Assembly: GCA_046293555.1 (NCBI GenBank)
Contig: JBKBOT010000018.1
Span: 1-30,304, forward strand
Direction of reading: 5' to 3'
Origin: Pyrobaculum sp.
GTDB lineage: Archaea; Thermoproteota; Thermoprotei; Thermoproteales; Thermoproteaceae
DNA length: 30,304 nucleotides
A program made the translations under genes and the position numbers. This document shows positions 27,310-30,304 of this stretch, one piece after another (position 1 is the first letter of the stretch; each line of letters begins with the position of its first letter). The notes beneath the pieces are model-generated. The model was not told where the DNA came from. It saw nothing but the letters and a program-made list of their open reading frames with translations, and did not search any database.

Positions 27310-27527
27310 TGGACTATTACGCCGTTTGGCAAGTCATGAGGGAAATATTTCACCTCGCCGCGTCGCTTTTCGCATCTCTAGGCCTGAGCGAGTGGGGTGG
27401 GAGAGTTATGGCCGCATGGCTATTTACAGCCTTCTTCTTTCTCGCCGGGGCGTTTAAAAAATCCAGAAGGGTGGTGGGCCCCCTCCTCGCGGCCTTGATA
27501 GTGCTGACAGTATTGCTGGGACGGTAG
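27300..27527 (+). CDS. Small membrane protein
   Basis: 75 aa with 2-3 hydrophobic segments; overlaps the GT stop by 10 nt. Confidence 0.65.
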   Translation: MPVVDYYAVWQVMREIFHLAASLFASLGLSEWGGRVMAAWLFTAFFFLAGAFKKSRRVVGPLLAALIVLTVLLGR

Positions 27528-27556
27528 ACGTTTTATATTGGGGGGTGATTCCTGCC

Positions 27557-29329
27557 GTGGTGCGGGTAGCTGTAGTTGACAGAGATTCCTGCCAGCCTAA
27601 GAAGTGCGGTCACGAGTGTATAAAGTACTGCCCAGTGAACAAAAGCGGCAAGGTGGTGTGGATAGACGAACAGGCCAAAAAGGCGGCTATCTCCGAGGCC
27701 TTGTGTATCGGCTGTGGGATATGTGTACACAAGTGCCCATTTGACGCCATCACCATAATAAACCTGCCAGACGAGCTTGAAAGAGATTGCGTACATAGAT
27801 ACGGCATAAGCGGCTTTAAGCTTTATAGACTCCCAATGTTGAGAAAAGGGAGAATAATCGGGGTGCTAGGCCGCAACGCACTCGGCAAGACCACAATGGC
27901 CAAGATACTGACGGGAGAGCTAACGCCGAATCTATGTAATCCAGATGGTAAAACCACGCCGGAAGACGTCGTGAGGCAGTTCAAAGGCACGGAGCTACAG
28001 ACGTACTTCATGGAGCTTTACTCCAAGAGACTTAGGACAGTCCACAAGATACAGTACATTGAGCTCATCCCCATGTATCTAAAAGGCACAGTTATGGAAG
28101 TTGTAAAAAAGGCGGGTGTCAACAGACAGTTGTTAGAAAAGTTCGGATTAGATAAACTCCTCGACCGGAAGATCGAGGAGCTCTCTGGAGGGGAACTCCA
28201 GAAGCTGGCAATAGCCGCGGCGCTCTCTAAAGAGGCTGATGTCTACATTTTCGACGAGCCTGCCACCCATTTAGACATTGTGGAGAGAGTCAAGGTGGCA
28301 GACGCCATTAGAGAAAGGGTAGAGGACAGATACGTGTTGGCAATAGAACACGACCTCACAGTACTGGACTTCCTTGCGGACAACGTGGTGATTGTATACG
28401 GAAAGCCGGGAGCCTACGGAATTGTGTCCCACCCAGCAGGCGCACGAGAGGCAATAAACGAATATCTAGCAGGCTATATATCTTCCGCAAATATGAGGAT
28501 ACGAGACAGGCCAATCAAGTTTGAGACAAGGCCCCCAGAGAGAAAGACAGGTAAGTCACAACGGCTAGTAGAGTGGGGAGACCTACAGGTGGACCTAGGC
28601 GGCTTTAAGCTAGAAGTGTTGTCGTCACACATAGCCAGAGGCGAGATAGTGGGCATAATTGGCCCAAACGGCATAGGGAAAACCACATTCCTCAAGGTGT
28701 TGGTAGGAGAAATAAAGCCAACCTCCGGCTATGTGACCGCAGTCTCTAAAGTTAGCTACAAGCCTCAGTACATTAGAGACATCGCCGTGAGAAACCAAGA
28801 CGCGGCGGTAAGGCTGTGGCTTGTCCAACAAGCAGGCGAGTTTTCCGACTCCCCCATTTGGCCGGACTTAAACGCCAGTTTTAACCTCAGCCCATTGCTA
28901 GAAAGAAAGATGGGCGAGCTCTCTGGCGGCGAGCTACAAAGAGTGGTGGTAGCTGCGGCCTTATTAAAAAAGGCAGATCTATACGTCTTAGACGAACCCA
29001 TGGCCTATCTCGACATAGAACAGAGGATCACCGTGGCGAGAGCCATCAGGCGGATAATTGAGGAGAGCGAGACGGCCATGTTAGTAGTAGAACACGACAT
29101 CGCCATGTTGGACTACATGTCAAACGCCACCATGCCCTTTATAGGCGAGCCAGGGCTAAGAGGCATGTCGCCAGGAGTTGTAGACATGCGGACAGGTATG
29201 AACACATTTCTAAAATGGGCAGACGCATCTTTCAGAAGAGACATAAAGACTGCAAGGCCACGTCTAAACAAGCCAAACTCTGCACTAGACAGAGAACAAA
29301 AAGAAAGAGGCGAACTATACTACATATAA
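27557..29329 (+). CDS. rli: Ribosome recycling ATPase ABCE1 (RLI)
   Basis: N-terminal 2x[4Fe-4S] Cys motifs (CQPKKC..EC..CP; CIGCGICVHKCP) and two NBDs with LSGGELQ. Start is GTG 27557 or 27560, judged from TTTTATAT at 27531. Confidence 0.96.
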   Translation: MVRVAVVDRDSCQPKKCGHECIKYCPVNKSGKVVWIDEQAKKAAISEALCIGCGICVHKCPFDAITIINLPDELERDCVHRYGISGFKLYRLPMLRKGRIIGVLGRNALGKTTMAKILTGELTPNLCNPDGKTTPEDVVRQFKGTELQTYFMELYSKRLRTVHKIQYIELIPMYLKGTVMEVVKKAGVNRQLLEKFGLDKLLDRKIEELSGGELQKLAIAAALSKEADVYIFDEPATHLDIVERVKVADAIRERVEDRYVLAIEHDLTVLDFLADNVVIVYGKPGAYGIVSHPAGAREAINEYLAGYISSANMRIRDRPIKFETRPPERKTGKSQRLVEWGDLQVDLGGFKLEVLSSHIARGEIVGIIGPNGIGKTTFLKVLVGEIKPTSGYVTAVSKVSYKPQYIRDIAVRNQDAAVRLWLVQQAGEFSDSPIWPDLNASFNLSPLLERKMGELSGGELQRVVVAAALLKKADLYVLDEPMAYLDIEQRITVARAIRRIIEESETAMLVVEHDIAMLDYMSNATMPFIGEPGLRGMSPGVVDMRTGMNTFLKWADASFRRDIKTARPRLNKPNSALDREQKERGELYYI

Positions 29330-29749
29330 ACCTGTCGCCAACACAACCGCAACATGGCTCTAGCCTAGCCAACAACAGGCAGAAACTCTCTTTAGCTAAA
29401 TTCCGCCAAATGTATGTAACATCTCTGGCACTAGGTTACGGCATCTTTCTTCTCGCTAGAGGCGTTAATAGATACGAATAGGAAAGGCGTTTGGATTACG
29501 CCTACATAATGGGAGAGTTCATAGGTCAGAAGTCCACGCGATGAAACAAACATACTTAGGAGTAGCCACAGAAAGACCCACCATCTGCATCCAAATACAG
29601 ATCTAAATCTTCTACTCGATAACTTTATGTTGGTTAATGCCTATTGCTGATAGAAATGACACCCTAACGGCTACCACGTAAATAGGGATATGTACTACCC
29701 TGGGCATCATACCTGGAGATCCCGCGCCACTGGCCGTTTACAACTTAAT

Positions 29750-30304
29750 CTAGCCGGCGGACTTTTTTGTGTGGCTATATTGTGTTATATCTATTTCTTT
29801 AAGTAGCGTCTTTAAGGCGTGTGGATATTCGTGTCTTAACGTTATGATTACTGTTGACGTTTTTAACAACTCTTTTACTATCTGTGGGAATATGTTCTCT
29901 GTGGCGTAGTAGTCGAGTCCAATAAGCGGGTCGTCTAATAACATGATGGGGGTTTTCACCAGTAGCGCCGGCGCTAGCTGTATTCTCCTCCTCTGTCCGT
30001 GTGATAGATTTTTTAGCCTCTCCCTTGGTGGCACTTCTATTAGGTCTAGAACCGCCTCTACCTCTCTGGGGTCTGGCCTTTCATACAGCGAGGTGACCAC
30101 CTTGACGTAATCCACGGCCTTGAGCTCGAGAGGAACCTCTATGCTTTCTGGCACAAAGAAGATATGCCGCCTTGCCTCCCTTATGTCTCTCCCCCCGTAT
30201 TTAATCTCCCCCCTCAGCGGGGGCAACAGGGTGGCGAGTGTACGCAATAGCGTGGTCTTGCCGGCGCCGTTGGGGCCTACAAACGCCAAGCCCTCCCCCA
30301 CCCT
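29750..30304 (-). CDS. ABC transporter ATP-binding protein; 5' end lies outside the window
   Basis: Walker A GPNGAGKTT, signature LSHGQ, Walker B MLLDDP; reading frame open to the window edge. Confidence 0.88.
   Translation of the reverse strand, partial: RVGEGLAFVGPNGAGKTTLLRTLATLLPPLRGEIKYGGRDIREARRHIFFVPESIEVPLELKAVDYVKVVTSLYERPDPREVEAVLDLIEVPPRERLKNLSHGQRRRIQLAPALLVKTPIMLLDDPLIGLDYYATENIFPQIVKELLKTSTVIITLRHEYPHALKTLLKEIDITQYSHTKKSAG

Noticed and set aside
3779-29001. Many antisense or alternative-frame ORFs (e.g. 3779..4225, 10667..11164, 17043..17573, 21421..22101, 26862..27353)
   Set aside because: They lie over well-supported genes and have Ser/Thr/Pro-rich antisense-type composition with no motifs.
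29538-29600. GCGATGA resembling a C box of a C/D guide sRNA
   Set aside because: No CTGA D box or recognisable D'/C' boxes at the expected spacing.
1-30304. tRNA, rRNA, IS elements, integrases or intron-split genes
   Set aside because: No cloverleaf, terminal inverted repeat or transposase motif seen; gaps are too small and recognised genes have continuous frames.

Overview
Gene-dense hyperthermophilic crenarchaeal chromosome segment. Gene content, protein style and TATA boxes about 25-28 nt before start codons point to Thermoproteales, most likely Pyrobaculum (inference). Most of the window is core genome: a branched-chain amino-acid ABC importer; ribosomal proteins L7Ae, L24e, S28e, L21e, S8e and L6; ArgRS, aIF1, aIF5A, Rpo4, GPN GTPase, SRP19, Gar1, TFB and ABCE1; a redox cluster (UbiA-like prenyltransferase, thioredoxin, CoA-disulfide reductase, MDH, PDO); an Lhr helicase; and a GT2 glycosyltransferase. 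I found no CRISPR array, tRNA/rRNA or mobile element, and I cannot support a clear-cut new multi-gene system. The best leads are: (1) an RdgB/HAM1 gene whose conserved N-terminus is in frame but has no canonical start codon and overlaps the PDO stop; (2) a secreted, membrane-anchored protein made of two duplicated 4-Cys domains; (3) three apparent in-place micro-inversions of conserved archaeal operons; (4) two uncharacterised PD-(D/E)XK-like proteins, one near Lhr; (5) an RHH / GT2 / small membrane protein module; (6) an ABC ATPase with non-canonical motifs at what may be the edge of a variable region.
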